Source: Bacillota bacterium (lineage in GTDB: Bacteria > Bacillota > Ch66 > Ch109). Taken from it: DNA of 64,000 nucleotides. The notes beneath the pieces were generated by a model. The model had not been told where the DNA came from. It saw only the letters and a list, made by a program, of their open reading frames with translations, and made no database searches. The DNA lies in NCBI GenBank assembly GCA_050952625.1, contig JBMNLH010000001.1:1632001-1696000 (forward strand), read 5' to 3'. The position numbers and the translations under genes were made by a program. This document shows, in pieces, positions 11,219 through 21,952 of this stretch. Position 1 is the first letter of the stretch; every line of letters starts with the position of its first letter.

Positions 11219-11574
11219 TTGGCCGCCTCCTCAATGATTCGTTTCAGTTCCTCAGCTTCCTGGATGGACAGCTTACGGTTATCCAGGAAGGCGGTCAGGA
11301 ATTTGGGCAGCGATCCGTCAAAGGCTTTTTCCAGTACCGCTCTGCTCTCGTACCGCTGTACATCCTCGCGTTTGACAAGAGCAGTAACCATCGCCTCCTT
11401 ATTCTGCAGGATGCCGCGCTCACAAAGCTTTTTTAAGACGGTATAGGTAGTGGACTTCTTCCAGCCAAGCTTGTCAGCGCACAACCGCACCAACTCGGTG
11501 GAATTGATAGGCTCGTTGTCCCAGATAAGACTGACAAACTTGTACTCAGCATCAAACAGCTTGAATTGTTCCAT
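11215..11574 (-). CDS. BlaI/MecI/CopY-family repressor
   Basis: WKKSTTYTVLKKLCERG, FDGSL; start reassigned to ATG 11574 after AAGGAGG. Confidence 0.9.
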   Translation of the reverse strand: MEQFKLFDAEYKFVSLIWDNEPINSTELVRLCADKLGWKKSTTYTVLKKLCERGILQNKEAMVTALVKREDVQRYESRAVLEKAFDGSLPKFLTAFLDNRKLSIQEAEELKRIIEEAAK

Positions 11575-11592
11575 ATGGTCCGGCCTCCTTAG

Positions 11593-11646
11593 GTTTATTG
11601 CAGTAGACTTCACTATTAGTCTATTGCAATAGACCCGAGTTGTCAA
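11593..11646 (-). promoter_or_regulatory. Promoter with two BlaI-type operator palindromes
   Basis: Perfect GTCTATTGCAATAGAC at 11619-11634 and near copy GTTTATTGCAGTAGAC at 11593-11608; TTGACA-17-TAGACT on the minus strand. Confidence 0.8.
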
Positions 11647-11723
11647 TAATCTTTGGCATTTTTTTATTGACATATTAGAAAAACGCCCGATACCTCGGAC
11701 GTTAATGATAACCTTAACTGTAG

Positions 11724-12158
11724 TTATTTTGATTCTAAGTACAGATTTCTCGGAATTGAGTTGCAGGAGGACGAAGAACTAACTTCCCATTTACTGAGTC
11801 TAAAAACCACAAATGAATGATAGAAATCCTGGATTGCGCGATCCCTCCAAGACTTAAGAAATCCGCGGCTGGGATGGTTGGCAATCTCATCTTTCAGCTT
11901 GTTATCGTCAACTATTTCTAATACGCCATTTACCCGCAGCTGAATGTTTTTATTAAAATCATTAAAGCAAAGCTCAACCTTGGGATTTTGGCTAACCTGC
12001 TGATATATATCCTTCGTAACCGTCGAATGGAATATTATCCCAGATTCGTCGGCCTTAAAAAGCAACAAAGCTCTTACCCGGGGTTGGTCACCTTCCATGG
12101 TGGCTAAATGAAAGGCCGGATGACTATTCATCAAATCAAACATTTCTTGTCTGGTCAT
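11724..12158 (-). CDS. Pyridoxamine 5'-phosphate oxidase family protein (C-terminus looks aberrant)
   Basis: LATMEGDQPRVR, NPKVELCF, QLRVNG. Confidence 0.75.
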   Translation of the reverse strand: MTRQEMFDLMNSHPAFHLATMEGDQPRVRALLLFKADESGIIFHSTVTKDIYQQVSQNPKVELCFNDFNKNIQLRVNGVLEIVDDNKLKDEIANHPSRGFLKSWRDRAIQDFYHSFVVFRLSKWEVSSSSSCNSIPRNLYLESK

Positions 12159-12256
12159 TTTTCGTCCTCCTGAATACTAATATATCTCTCCCTGAGACAA
12201 GTATAATCCAAGCGGCATAACAATACGCCCAGAATAATGCCTAAGCTCGCTCTTGG

Positions 12257-13495
12257 TTATTTACCACAACATTTTTTATACTTTTTACCGCTGCCGCAGG
12301 GGCAAGGATCATTGCGGCCAACCTTGGTCCTTGTTTTTAGATCAATCACCTTGGAATCTGTTTGCCCTAATTGAAAAGGCTCAGTGGGTAATGGTCTTAA
12401 GTGTTTCTTTTCTTCCTGAAATAGCTCATTAGGAGTATGCCCCTTTAACACCCATTGCCGGGTATTGTTATGCAGATCCGTGATCTTGCTGGTTAATTGC
12501 CGCACGAAATCAAATGACGGAAACTCAAACCAAGAATTTAAGTACTCAATTATGGCTGTTGATTTGGCATCCAGATTTATTAAATTGATCAATTGTAAAG
12601 CAATTTCATCAGTTTCTTCATTATTTAGCTCATAGTACTGCAACAAAAAACTGATAAGGTCGTTCATCGCCGGAGATCGGTCGATATAATCCGGTTCACC
12701 AGCCTTAAGCAATTGCTGTTTGGTAAACGGATAATAATCAACGTTATCTCGCATACTATGTTCCTCAATAATCTTCTTAGCATCAAAAACTCGATGGTCA
12801 CAAAACCCAAATGACGACCATCGAACTTGTCCATAATGATCCATAGCTACAGACATGACATTAATATACTCGCGAAAATCTATATCCTGTCCGGTAAGCT
12901 GCGAAATTTTCCAATTGATGAACCATGGACTCGCAACACCATAATAATAAAGCATGCCATGGGTTAAGAGGACCCACTCCGTATTGCGCCGGACTATTTT
13001 TTCCAATTCGGGGGTATCGACTTGCCAAAAAGTATCTACCAGTTCCTGAGGGAGGCATAGAACCTTTTGATCATTATTATTCACACCAGGAAAAACAAGG
13101 CTGTACCCCAATAGAGCTTCGGCAGCTCTAGTCTTCATATCATAACCGGTGATAACACCGGAATTCTGCGCAATTAATTTAATCAGACCATACCTTCCTT
13201 GATCCAAGTAAGATAAAACCTCTTTAAATTTCATCGGAATCAATCTGACAAGCTCAGCAGCCAGTTCCGCTTTTCTCAGAGAACTAAGATTATTAAAGCT
13301 AAGCTTCTTACGGATATTATCCATTTCATCTTTGGTTAACCTATTAATCGCATCGGAAAGATCGCAGGGAATCCTGTTGAATTTCTTCCAAAGCCGTCGC
13401 TCTTGCTTGTCCCGCATTTTTTGGCTATAGGCTTTTGCGCTTTCTAAAGCATTTAGTAAGGTATCTTTTGTTTTTTGATCAATTCTTTCATCCAT
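12257..13495 (-). CDS. SEC-C motif-containing protein
   Basis: C-terminal [21 protein letters not shown]; NNTRQW..KGHTPNE. Confidence 0.85.
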   Translation of the reverse strand: MDERIDQKTKDTLLNALESAKAYSQKMRDKQERRLWKKFNRIPCDLSDAINRLTKDEMDNIRKKLSFNNLSSLRKAELAAELVRLIPMKFKEVLSYLDQGRYGLIKLIAQNSGVITGYDMKTRAAEALLGYSLVFPGVNNNDQKVLCLPQELVDTFWQVDTPELEKIVRRNTEWVLLTHGMLYYYGVASPWFINWKISQLTGQDIDFREYINVMSVAMDHYGQVRWSSFGFCDHRVFDAKKIIEEHSMRDNVDYYPFTKQQLLKAGEPDYIDRSPAMNDLISFLLQYYELNNEETDEIALQLINLINLDAKSTAIIEYLNSWFEFPSFDFVRQLTSKITDLHNNTRQWVLKGHTPNELFQEEKKHLRPLPTEPFQLGQTDSKVIDLKTRTKVGRNDPCPCGSGKKYKKCCGK

Positions 13496-13573
13496 ATTAA
13501 TCCTTCTTTATATTTCATTTACATTAATCAGCTCTCGCCGCCGCGTAAAAGAACAATTCCTTTTCTTCCTGTC

Positions 13574-16500
13574 CTAGCTATTCACTATCTTTACCGCATT
13601 ATCTTTGATCTTAGCCACCAGCTCGACAATCCGTTTTTGTTTGAAACCATCAAAGAGCTTGACAAAACTTTGCGGTTTGTCAAAAGGTGGTTTCATTAGC
13701 TCGGAGACATTCTCGATATAACCGTTTTGCACAATATAATCAATGATCTTTTTCACAAAAACAATTTGGGCCTGAGAGAGAGACTGGTCATTAATAAATT
13801 CCGAAAAGGCCGCGCACGCCGCTTCATATTCCAGTTTGGCAATTTTCCGTACCAGCAGACCAAATGGCGTATCCTGATACTCCCGCTGATAATCCGCAGC
13901 GGTACCAAGCTCTCCAGTGAAAATATGCTCCAAGTCTTGGTAGTCTAAAGCAGTAAGCGGTATATTATGCCGCAATTTAAAGATCGCCAGATGGTCACGG
14001 TTTCTCTCAATATAACGGTTAACCTTGAGCTTATAGTCCTCAAAATCATAGGCTGGGCCTAGGCTATCCCCCTCTCTGATTTCAAGAACATGATCGTTAA
14101 GGTTTGTATAGATCGGGGTTCTTCCCCTATCATCAACAATAAACTTAATCAGACCGCGCAGTCCTATGCGCACCTGATCCAAGTTCAAAATATCAGAGCT
14201 TTGCCAAAACTCATCGGTCTGAATGGTGTTGATCAGCTCCAGTTTTTCTTTAATCTGCGGGATAGTGGCCCGCTGGGCCAACATAGCGCAGACGTTGATT
14301 AGCTGCTTTTTACTCTTTTGGAAATGAGGCATCCCCTCGATCTGAGCCAGCATCATCCCATACATAAAGTTGTCAAATCGTTTGGCATACTCGTCCGGGT
14401 CATCAAGATACACAATCGGGGCCAAAAAAGTGATCAGGTTATGTTTATCCACATCAGAAAGGCAGACAAAAGCCGTCGTCTGTTTATACTTTTCAATGTG
14501 CTGCAATTGCATTTTTACCGCTACCAGCTCGGTGTTCAGCGCGTTAATCTGCTGCAGGACCGTTTCAACCAGCCCGGTCCGCATTACCTGGTACGGCTCA
14601 TTAATAAAGGCAGACTGCTGAAGATGATGAATCAAGCGGACTCGTTTCGCAAAGATCGCCTCAGTGAGGCTCAGGGTTTCACTGCCCAGCAAGCCCTCTT
14701 TGTGTTCCCGAAAAAATTCGAAATTTCCCAGATAGTCAAAAATAATAAAGTGGGTTTTGTCCTGTCCGGCCCCAAACAAGTTGGGGCATAGTCTAGTGCC
14801 GCGGCCAATCATCTGCCAGAACTTAGTCTTAGAGCGTACCCGTTTAAAAAAGACCAAGTTAACAATCTCCGGGACATCAATGCCGGTATCCAACATATCT
14901 ACCGAAACGGCGATATGCGGATCTTTTTCCGCTATCTTAAAGTCATCAATGATTGTTTGGGCATAGCTGTCGTCGCAAATTACCCGTTTGGCAAAACGGC
15001 CCCGGTATTGCGGATATAGTTTATCAAACCGCTCGATAATATACTCGGCGTGCTTTTTATTTTGGGCGAAAATGATGGTTTTCCCTAAACGGTCACCACC
15101 AGCGACCTTAATCCCCTTAGTCATTAAATCTTCCAGGACCATGTCCACCGTGGCCTGATTAAAAATAAATTCATTTAACGCTGGGGAAGGAATAAACTCT
15201 GGCATCGCCCCGTCTTCATCGGTAAAATCTTCTTCATAGCGGGCCTTATCTTCTTCGGATAGTTCATCATAGGTAATACCTTGCTCCAAAAACTTAGTTG
15301 TAACCTCAATGTTATAGTAAGGCACTAAAACGTGGTCTTGCTCGACTGCGGTTTCGTAGTCATAGGCATAGGTAGGGACACCGTTTTCCATCTCAAAAAA
15401 GTCATAAGTATTGCGATCAACGTCGGTCTTAGGAGTGGCGGTTAAACCAACCAATAGACAATCAAAATACTCAAAGATAACGCGGTATTTTTTAAAGATG
15501 CTGCGATGGGCTTCATCCACGATAATCAAATCAAAATGGGCCGGGGTAAATAACCGCTGGCCCTCGCTCTTCGCTGTATCAATGGCGTTTAGCATCGTCG
15601 GATAGGTGGAGAAGACAATGCGGGCGGATTTATCATCCTTGTTACTTAGCAGGTTACACAGAGACATATCTGGGAGGTAGTTTTTAAAGGCATCCTTGGC
15701 CTGGATAACCAAGGCGGTTCGGTCCGCTAAAAACAAAGTATTCGTGATATATCCTCCCCGGGATAAGACATCAGTCAAACTAGCGGCTGTTCTGGTTTTA
15801 CCCGTCCCGGTGGCCATCACCAGCAAGGCTTTGCGATGGCCGGTCATAATGGCTTCCGTCACCGCTCGGATGGCTTCCTTCTGGTAGTAGCGATCAGTAA
15901 TTTTATCGTCAATCAGGATTTCACTTAGAATTTTCCGTTCGCGCCGGCGGTTCATCAGTTTTTCCAAGTCGGGTTTAGAAAACACGCCGCTAACCTTCCG
16001 TTGGGGTGAGGTTAGGTCATCCCACAGATAGGTTTCAAAGCCATTGGTAGTAAACATCATCGGCCGCCGGCCGGTCATTTTCTCTAAGCAGTCTGCGTAC
16101 AGCTTGACCTGTTGCGTGCCAATCTTCGGGTCCTTGGCGGTTCGCTTGGCTTCGATAACAGCCAGGGGCAACCCGTCTTTGCCGTAAAGCACATAATCAG
16201 CATAACCTTTGCCCTCGTAATTGGGCATGCCGTCAAGTTCCACTTCTTCCTGCACATCATCGCCAAAAACCCAGCCCAGGAGTTTTAAGTCCACATCGAT
16301 ATACTTTTTGCGGGTCAGGAATTCTGAAATATTCTCTGGCGCAAACTGGCGTTCTTCTTTGTTATGTTCTTTATTTGCGGTCAATTGTTCGCTCATGGCC
16401 GCAATCTGGGCGCGCAGGGCTTCAATCTCAGAATCCTTTTGTTCAATCAGGCTGTTTTTTTCTTTGATTTTGGCCTCATCAATAATGACCTTTTCTGCCG

Positions 16501-16921
16501 GGATCTTTCCTTCATCAAAACGGCGTTCTTCATAGTTTGACCCATAACAATAATCAATCCACTGGACGAATTCAAACAAAGAGGCCAGGGACAGAACCGC
16601 ATCACTGCGGCTGATCGCTTTCTCCGTATGTACCGCCAAGTTGCCCAGCTTAATGATATAAGGCAGCTTACTCCAGGTTTGGTTATCCAGCGCAAATCTA
16701 AAAGAAGGTTCGTGAATTAATGACTGCAAATTATCCTTATAAGGCAAAGTGATAGTGTTATCAGCCGAATAGACCCATTTCACCGCCAGCTCAAAGGCCT
16801 TACGGCTACCCACTGCCGCCATGGCCGGAGAGGTGGCGAGTACCCGTTCCGCTTCCAGGCAAGCATTAGCAAACAAGGTATATTCGGTTTGTCCCTGAAG
16901 GAATGCGAAGTTTGCCGACAT
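13574..16921 (-). CDS. hsdR: Type I restriction enzyme R subunit (EcoAI/EcoEI-like architecture)
   Basis: ADYVLY..VIEAK nuclease motif, MATGTGKT, DEAH, QMIGRGTR. Confidence 0.93.
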   Translation of the reverse strand: MSANFAFLQGQTEYTLFANACLEAERVLATSPAMAAVGSRKAFELAVKWVYSADNTITLPYKDNLQSLIHEPSFRFALDNQTWSKLPYIIKLGNLAVHTEKAISRSDAVLSLASLFEFVQWIDYCYGSNYEERRFDEGKIPAEKVIIDEAKIKEKNSLIEQKDSEIEALRAQIAAMSEQLTANKEHNKEERQFAPENISEFLTRKKYIDVDLKLLGWVFGDDVQEEVELDGMPNYEGKGYADYVLYGKDGLPLAVIEAKRTAKDPKIGTQQVKLYADCLEKMTGRRPMMFTTNGFETYLWDDLTSPQRKVSGVFSKPDLEKLMNRRRERKILSEILIDDKITDRYYQKEAIRAVTEAIMTGHRKALLVMATGTGKTRTAASLTDVLSRGGYITNTLFLADRTALVIQAKDAFKNYLPDMSLCNLLSNKDDKSARIVFSTYPTMLNAIDTAKSEGQRLFTPAHFDLIIVDEAHRSIFKKYRVIFEYFDCLLVGLTATPKTDVDRNTYDFFEMENGVPTYAYDYETAVEQDHVLVPYYNIEVTTKFLEQGITYDELSEEDKARYEEDFTDEDGAMPEFIPSPALNEFIFNQATVDMVLEDLMTKGIKVAGGDRLGKTIIFAQNKKHAEYIIERFDKLYPQYRGRFAKRVICDDSYAQTIIDDFKIAEKDPHIAVSVDMLDTGIDVPEIVNLVFFKRVRSKTKFWQMIGRGTRLCPNLFGAGQDKTHFIIFDYLGNFEFFREHKEGLLGSETLSLTEAIFAKRVRLIHHLQQSAFINEPYQVMRTGLVETVLQQINALNTELVAVKMQLQHIEKYKQTTAFVCLSDVDKHNLITFLAPIVYLDDPDEYAKRFDNFMYGMMLAQIEGMPHFQKSKKQLINVCAMLAQRATIPQIKEKLELINTIQTDEFWQSSDILNLDQVRIGLRGLIKFIVDDRGRTPIYTNLNDHVLEIREGDSLGPAYDFEDYKLKVNRYIERNRDHLAIFKLRHNIPLTALDYQDLEHIFTGELGTAADYQREYQDTPFGLLVRKIAKLEYEAACAAFSEFINDQSLSQAQIVFVKKIIDYIVQNGYIENVSELMKPPFDKPQSFVKLFDGFKQKRIVELVAKIKDNAVKIVNS

Positions 16922-16937
16922 TCAATTCACCTCGCGG

Positions 16938-18041
16938 TCAATCAAAATACTCGCTCATTAGGCTGTCAAACAGGTATTGAGTTTCGTCGATTGCTTTTTT
17001 TACCAGGGCTTTCTGTTCTTCGATTTTGGTGACAATGGTAGCGAATTGGTTTTGGAGAGCCAAAGGGGCAATTGGAATTCTCAAATTTTTGATTAAGGAA
17101 AATTCGATATTATCAGCAGTAACAGCCCTTACATTTTTTATGATGCTACCTTGCATTAATATAAAAAAATATAATAAATATTCCGGTAAAACATTTTCAT
17201 TAGTAACAAATGCCTTCATATCTTGATTAATAGCGATATCAACTGTATTAATTGCAACTGGCAGCATCTTTTTCAAAATACCACTTCTAATAACCATTAA
17301 GACGGAATAAGAAGGTATTAATTTAGTTGAACTATTTTCTATTGCATATTCATTTATATGGTCAATGCTATCGTTAATCCAAATAGTTTTCATATCTTTG
17401 GGAGTAACCCAAGGAATGTTACCAATATAATACTCACTACGACTTTTCGCGGGAGTACCACCACCTATTATTCTAGCACACACATTGTCAACTATATCTA
17501 CCTCCCACCCCTTTTCATTGGTGATAGGATCCCCAAACATATCGCAAAAGATGGATTTGATAAGGTTATCCAGCTCCGCTAGCTGCTGTTTACGCAGGGC
17601 AAGCAGTTCTGCGGCGGTGTCTAAGGTTTTGGCGATTTCCTTTTGGGTCTCGAGGGGCGGAATAGGTATAACAAGTTTTTTAAGCCATTTAAAATGTCTA
17701 TTATATCCAGTATTGGGGATTTGTTTATTTATAAAATAATAATATAGGTATTTGTAATCTAAATTTTCTCTTTTGCTTTTTAATAATTTAACCCCATCTG
17801 CTCCTAAGAAAAAAGGAGTGTCTATATACTTTATTATTCTTGTATGATCTCCAAAAACTATTACAGGAACATTACTATATAAACCATCGTGATTGTTCCG
17901 ATAGCCAGCAATAAGATTTTGCCCTTGGTCAATTATAGGGTATAACCCTTGTTCTAAATAATCTTCTTTTTTAATCTTAGTCGCATTTTTAGTGTCATCT
18001 AGAATTACTTCTTCAAAATCAAGAACTTCCCACTTACCCAC
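16938..18041 (-). CDS. hsdS: Type I R-M specificity subunit
   Basis: Two AT-rich TRDs, PIPPLETQ and PIAPLALQNQF conserved helices, MFGDP linker. Confidence 0.93.
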   Translation of the reverse strand: MGKWEVLDFEEVILDDTKNATKIKKEDYLEQGLYPIIDQGQNLIAGYRNNHDGLYSNVPVIVFGDHTRIIKYIDTPFFLGADGVKLLKSKRENLDYKYLYYYFINKQIPNTGYNRHFKWLKKLVIPIPPLETQKEIAKTLDTAAELLALRKQQLAELDNLIKSIFCDMFGDPITNEKGWEVDIVDNVCARIIGGGTPAKSRSEYYIGNIPWVTPKDMKTIWINDSIDHINEYAIENSSTKLIPSYSVLMVIRSGILKKMLPVAINTVDIAINQDMKAFVTNENVLPEYLLYFFILMQGSIIKNVRAVTADNIEFSLIKNLRIPIAPLALQNQFATIVTKIEEQKALVKKAIDETQYLFDSLMSEYFD

Positions 18042-19503
18042 CGATAAGCCCCCTCAACTCCTCCATCTTGGAGGCAATATCAAGATTTAGCTTATCCAGG
18101 CGGGCCATTATCTCCATCGGCGGATCATAAACCACCTTTTCATAGACAATCTCTTTATAACGGTTAATGGATAAATCATAGCCATTGGCTTTTATGGCCG
18201 ACTTCTCCACAAAAAAGCTCTGCTCGGTTGGTTTGCGTTCAGCTTCTCCCCCTAGGTTGTGAAAACGGGTAATAATATCAGGAATATCATTATCCTCAAT
18301 GGGCGAACGTTTGTCATCCAAAGAAAAGCCATCCGCTTTCATATCGTAGAACCAAACCTTATCAGTGCCGCCGGCTCCGGTTTTAGTAAAAACCAGAACG
18401 GCAGTACTGACCCCGGCATACGGTTTAAAAACACCGCTGGGCATGGAGATAACCGCCTGCAGTTGATGATTTTCCACCAACTCTTGGCGCAAGGCTTTAT
18501 GGGCCTTGGTCGTGCCGAACAAAACCCCATCTGGCACAATACAGGCGCAGCGTCCACCTTTCCGAAGCATCCGCAAAAAAAGGGCGACAAATAAAAGCTC
18601 TGTCTTTTTGGTGTTGCAAACGGCCTTCAAATTATCATGGATACTTTCGGCATCAACCGTCCCGGTAAATGGCGGATTAGCCAGGACAATATCATAAGCG
18701 GCAGCTATGCTGTTCTGCTTGGAAACGCTGTCCACATAGTCAATCCGAGGCTGAGTAATGGAATGGAGCATTAGGTTCATAGCGGACAGACGTAACATGG
18801 TTCGATCGGTATCAAAACCGGTGAACATTTCCCCCGTAAAATGCTCCCATTGTTCACTGGTCATCTCCGCTTCGTAGCGTTCACGGATAAACTCGGCTGA
18901 GGAGACCAAGAAACCAGCGGTCCCGCAAGCCGGGTCACAAATTCGATCGTTTGGAGTAGGAGCCAGCAGCCGGACCATCATATCGCGGATATGCTTGGGG
19001 GTTCTAAACTGACCGTTTTGCCCGGCTGTGGCCAGCTTGCTTAGCATATACTCATAAAGGTCGCCCTGCATGTCTAAATCTTGGATATCATGTTCATACA
19101 GTTCATCTAGGCCGGTAATTATCTTTTGCAATACTTGGGGGGTTGGGATTAAAAACATTGCATCCTGCATATAGCGAGTAAAGGCGGACGCATTTTTCCC
19201 GTTCATAGTTTTGATAAAGGGAAATACCTTTGTGCCGACAATATCGTATATCTCACGCGAATCTTTGGTTTTAAACTTGCTCCAGCGCATAGCCTGTCCC
19301 GCTTCATCCGGTGGAAAAATTTTAGGCATTGCTTCACCGCTTAGTGCTTCGAACCTCTCGTTCTCCAGTTCCTTTTCATCCAGAGAACGAATGAACATTA
19401 AATAAGTAAGCTGTTCGATAACGGTTAAGGGATTGGTAATCCCACCCGCCCACATATCGGTCCAGATTTTATCAACTTTGTTGCGAATTTCTCCGGTCAG
19501 CAT
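18034..19503 (-). CDS. hsdM: Type I R-M N6-adenine methyltransferase
   Basis: GQFRTP, DPACGTAGF, NPPF. Confidence 0.95.
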   Translation of the reverse strand: MLTGEIRNKVDKIWTDMWAGGITNPLTVIEQLTYLMFIRSLDEKELENERFEALSGEAMPKIFPPDEAGQAMRWSKFKTKDSREIYDIVGTKVFPFIKTMNGKNASAFTRYMQDAMFLIPTPQVLQKIITGLDELYEHDIQDLDMQGDLYEYMLSKLATAGQNGQFRTPKHIRDMMVRLLAPTPNDRICDPACGTAGFLVSSAEFIRERYEAEMTSEQWEHFTGEMFTGFDTDRTMLRLSAMNLMLHSITQPRIDYVDSVSKQNSIAAAYDIVLANPPFTGTVDAESIHDNLKAVCNTKKTELLFVALFLRMLRKGGRCACIVPDGVLFGTTKAHKALRQELVENHQLQAVISMPSGVFKPYAGVSTAVLVFTKTGAGGTDKVWFYDMKADGFSLDDKRSPIEDNDIPDIITRFHNLGGEAERKPTEQSFFVEKSAIKANGYDLSINRYKEIVYEKVVYDPPMEIMARLDKLNLDIASKMEELRGLIGG

Positions 19504-19690
19504 TTATCTGCTCCTGTCCTGGTAATATAATAATTTACCAAATTTCCGGGCTAAATGACATTTATTAGCCTAAACGACCTAAGAAAACAATAGAATAAGA
19601 AAACTTTGCTATTGAATACATTGTATTCTTTGAATTACCTTAAAACAATAGAAAAACGCCAAATTATATCAATCAAGCGTTTTCGCTACT

Positions 19691-19743
19691 ATCGCCAGCC
19701 TCATTTCCAATCTTATCGGAAGAGCAGCGTTGGCCATTTGGTT
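19691..19743. repeat. 53-bp direct repeat, copy A (orphan 3' end of a serine hydrolase gene)
   Basis: 50/53 identical to 20680-20732; minus strand reads NQMANAALPIRLEMRLA. Confidence 0.9.
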
Positions 19744-19764
19744 ATAGAATATCTTTTGGTTAGG

Positions 19765-20367
19765 TTATGGTATGTGGAAATCCTCAATAGGATCTAAAGG
19801 ACTAAAATAACCCTTAATACAATTCGGATTCCTTACGCAAATTTGGATATGGTTTTTTTCTCTAAAACCAGCATTTGGGTATAATTCATCACCTTCAATA
19901 AATAGGCCTCTCACTGAATCATATTCCCTATGCCCTTCATCTTTGTTAAAAGCATGAACCATTTCTATTACTGCACAATCAAGGTGCCTTAATAGTAGAT
20001 CCGTTGAAGAACCAACCCTTTTATTCTCAGGTAATTTTCCACCGGTTTTATCAATAGCTTCTTTAAGAATCTTATATCCCCTTTTTAAGATCTGCAGCGA
20101 ATTATATTCCATTAGATTAAGGCAATATCCTAAATCAATAATTGCGCCTATAACCGCAACATCTTTAATCTTACCCCTATGTTTCAATTCTTCGGCATAT
20201 TCAAACGCTCTATTGGGATTATTTTCCCAAAAATATATGCCGTGACCTAACCAATCGTAAGAATTTTGACTCTTTGTTAAACGCTCATTAAGATATATTA
20301 TTCGGTTATAAACAGTTAAGTCACATCCGTGAAAACCGAGTACGAAATTAGGCAATGTCGAATACAT
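19765..20367 (-). CDS. Hypothetical protein, possible ADP-ribosyltransferase-like fold
   Basis: GFHG, WLGHGIYFW and QICVRN motifs resemble the H-Y pattern of PARP/DT-like ARTs (inference). Confidence 0.5.
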   Translation of the reverse strand: MYSTLPNFVLGFHGCDLTVYNRIIYLNERLTKSQNSYDWLGHGIYFWENNPNRAFEYAEELKHRGKIKDVAVIGAIIDLGYCLNLMEYNSLQILKRGYKILKEAIDKTGGKLPENKRVGSSTDLLLRHLDCAVIEMVHAFNKDEGHREYDSVRGLFIEGDELYPNAGFREKNHIQICVRNPNCIKGYFSPLDPIEDFHIP

Positions 20368-20375
20368 ATGAACTC

Positions 20376-20525
20376 CTACCTATAATGGGATTCTAGTTTA
20401 CCTGTAGAATCACAAATACCGGCTTTAACCAATATTTTAATAGCATCTTCTTTTTTGCTTTCGGCTATTTTTTTTTGGTATTTTTCCATCTGGGCTAACA
20501 GTTCTTTTAATTCTTTATTAGACAC
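20376..20525 (-). CDS. Small 49-aa protein upstream of the ART-like gene (putative partner or antitoxin)
   Basis: Manually translated from GTG: MSNKELKELLAQMEKYQKKIAESKKEDAIKILVKAGICDSTGKLESHYR; stop TAG overlaps the RBS of the next gene; below the ORF-track cutoff. Confidence 0.65.
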   Translation of the reverse strand: MSNKELKELLAQMEKYQKKIAESKKEDAIKILVKAGICDSTGKLESHYR

Positions 20526-20666
20526 AACGATCACCATCCATATTACATCAATGGGCTTTATACCTATATTATATCAAATCTGCGTCCATATTTTATCAAC
20601 TTTGTTGCGAATATCTCCGGTCAGCATTGATCTTGCTTAATTGTTGATCCCCTTTCGTGGGGCATA

Positions 20667-21710
20667 TTAATTCACCGACATCGCCAGCCTCATTGCCAAT
20701 CTTATGGGAAGAGCAGCGTTGGCCATCTGGTTTACATCACCAACCAAAAACAAATCCTTTAAAGGATAATAAAAAGCAAAAGAACCGGTTGATCCAGAAT
20801 GACCAATTAACTCACCTTTTCCCATAAAGAGGGTGGCCAATCCATTTAAAGGAATTTGCATATATCCCCCACCATAGTAAATCGGCCCCATAGTAACTTG
20901 CAATTTATGATAGGTTGACAATTTCTGAAAAATTACCTTGTTAAACAATCTCCCGGTAAAGAAAGCCTTAATAAAAATCATCAATTCACTAGCTGTAGTA
21001 ATACAGCCTCCACTTGCCCGGCTGCTCAAAACTAACTTAGGCCGATGGATAGCCTTATTTTTATAATAAATATTAGGTATATAATCATTTTCGCTTTCGG
21101 GAAGATATGTATTTTTAAGCTCTAATGGTTCAAAAATATACTGCCGGTATGCTTCCGACAATCTTAAATTACTTGCTTTTTCAATTACTTCACCCAGCAG
21201 ATCAAAGTTTATATCGGCATAGTAAGCCCTTTGCCCGGTACGCGGAGCAAAATGAGGTTTTAATTTCTTTACTTCGGCCATCAATTCATCGAAAGTGAGA
21301 TAAAGATCCTCTTTAATAGCCCGGTTCTTAAGACTGTTTTTCCCTTCTTCATACACATCAGGCAACCCACTGATCTGAAACAGCAAATCGGATATGGTTA
21401 ATTCAAACGTGTATTCCTTTCCACCATAAACATGAAGCCCGCTTAATACAGAATTATCAAAGTACCTGGTGATCTTTTCGTCAAGTGACAGCTTTCCCTG
21501 CTCAAGTAAGATCAAGATGCAGGTGGTGGTAAACAGCTTGGTGATGCTCGCCATCAGCAGAGGAGAATCTATATTCTTGCCGCTATACCCCATGTTAAAA
21601 GACAAATCACCACTTGTGTTTTCTATAAATAATACTGCCTCATTGATTTGCTTCGAGCTTGTTAGTTTAGCAAAAATCTTTTCGAATTTTTGCGTTCTAC
21701 TTACTCCCAT
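20667..21710 (-). CDS. Serine hydrolase, beta-lactamase/AmpC-like family
   Basis: SITK (SxxK), YYADINF, GHSG. Confidence 0.85.
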   Translation of the reverse strand: MGVSRTQKFEKIFAKLTSSKQINEAVLFIENTSGDLSFNMGYSGKNIDSPLLMASITKLFTTTCILILLEQGKLSLDEKITRYFDNSVLSGLHVYGGKEYTFELTISDLLFQISGLPDVYEEGKNSLKNRAIKEDLYLTFDELMAEVKKLKPHFAPRTGQRAYYADINFDLLGEVIEKASNLRLSEAYRQYIFEPLELKNTYLPESENDYIPNIYYKNKAIHRPKLVLSSRASGGCITTASELMIFIKAFFTGRLFNKVIFQKLSTYHKLQVTMGPIYYGGGYMQIPLNGLATLFMGKGELIGHSGSTGSFAFYYPLKDLFLVGDVNQMANAALPIRLAMRLAMSVN

Positions 21711-21874
21711 TAGTTTCTCCTTTCCTTAAATATTTGTTACTTCCATTATACTAAATTCTGGAGATATTTTTACTCTTAGACCAGTAATATTAAGGCTCAG
21801 CGGTATTTTTTTAATGCAATAACTGATTCCGCATAAACCCACACAGAATCAACACACACAGACTAAACACAATA

Positions 21875-21932
21875 TTGACAATCCGAGGATGCGGTGGTAT
21901 ATTGTTATTTAGTTAGTTACTTGACTAACTAA
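21875..21932 (+). promoter_or_regulatory. Sigma-A promoter and GntR operator palindrome
   Basis: TTGACA-17-TATATT (21875-21903); TTAGTTAGT/ACTAACTAA inverted repeat. Confidence 0.78.
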
Positions 21933-21952
21933 CCATGTAACCAACAAAGGAA

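Noticed and set aside
13727-16695. Numerous short ORFs overlapping hsdR (similar shadows lie on the ATPase, M56, pst and LRR genes)
   Set aside because: Antisense or alternate-frame shadows of well-supported genes, with no motifs or RBS
16938-18041. Phase-variable (shufflon-type) hsdS
   Set aside because: Single hsdS, with no extra TRD cassettes, inverted repeats or adjacent recombinase seen
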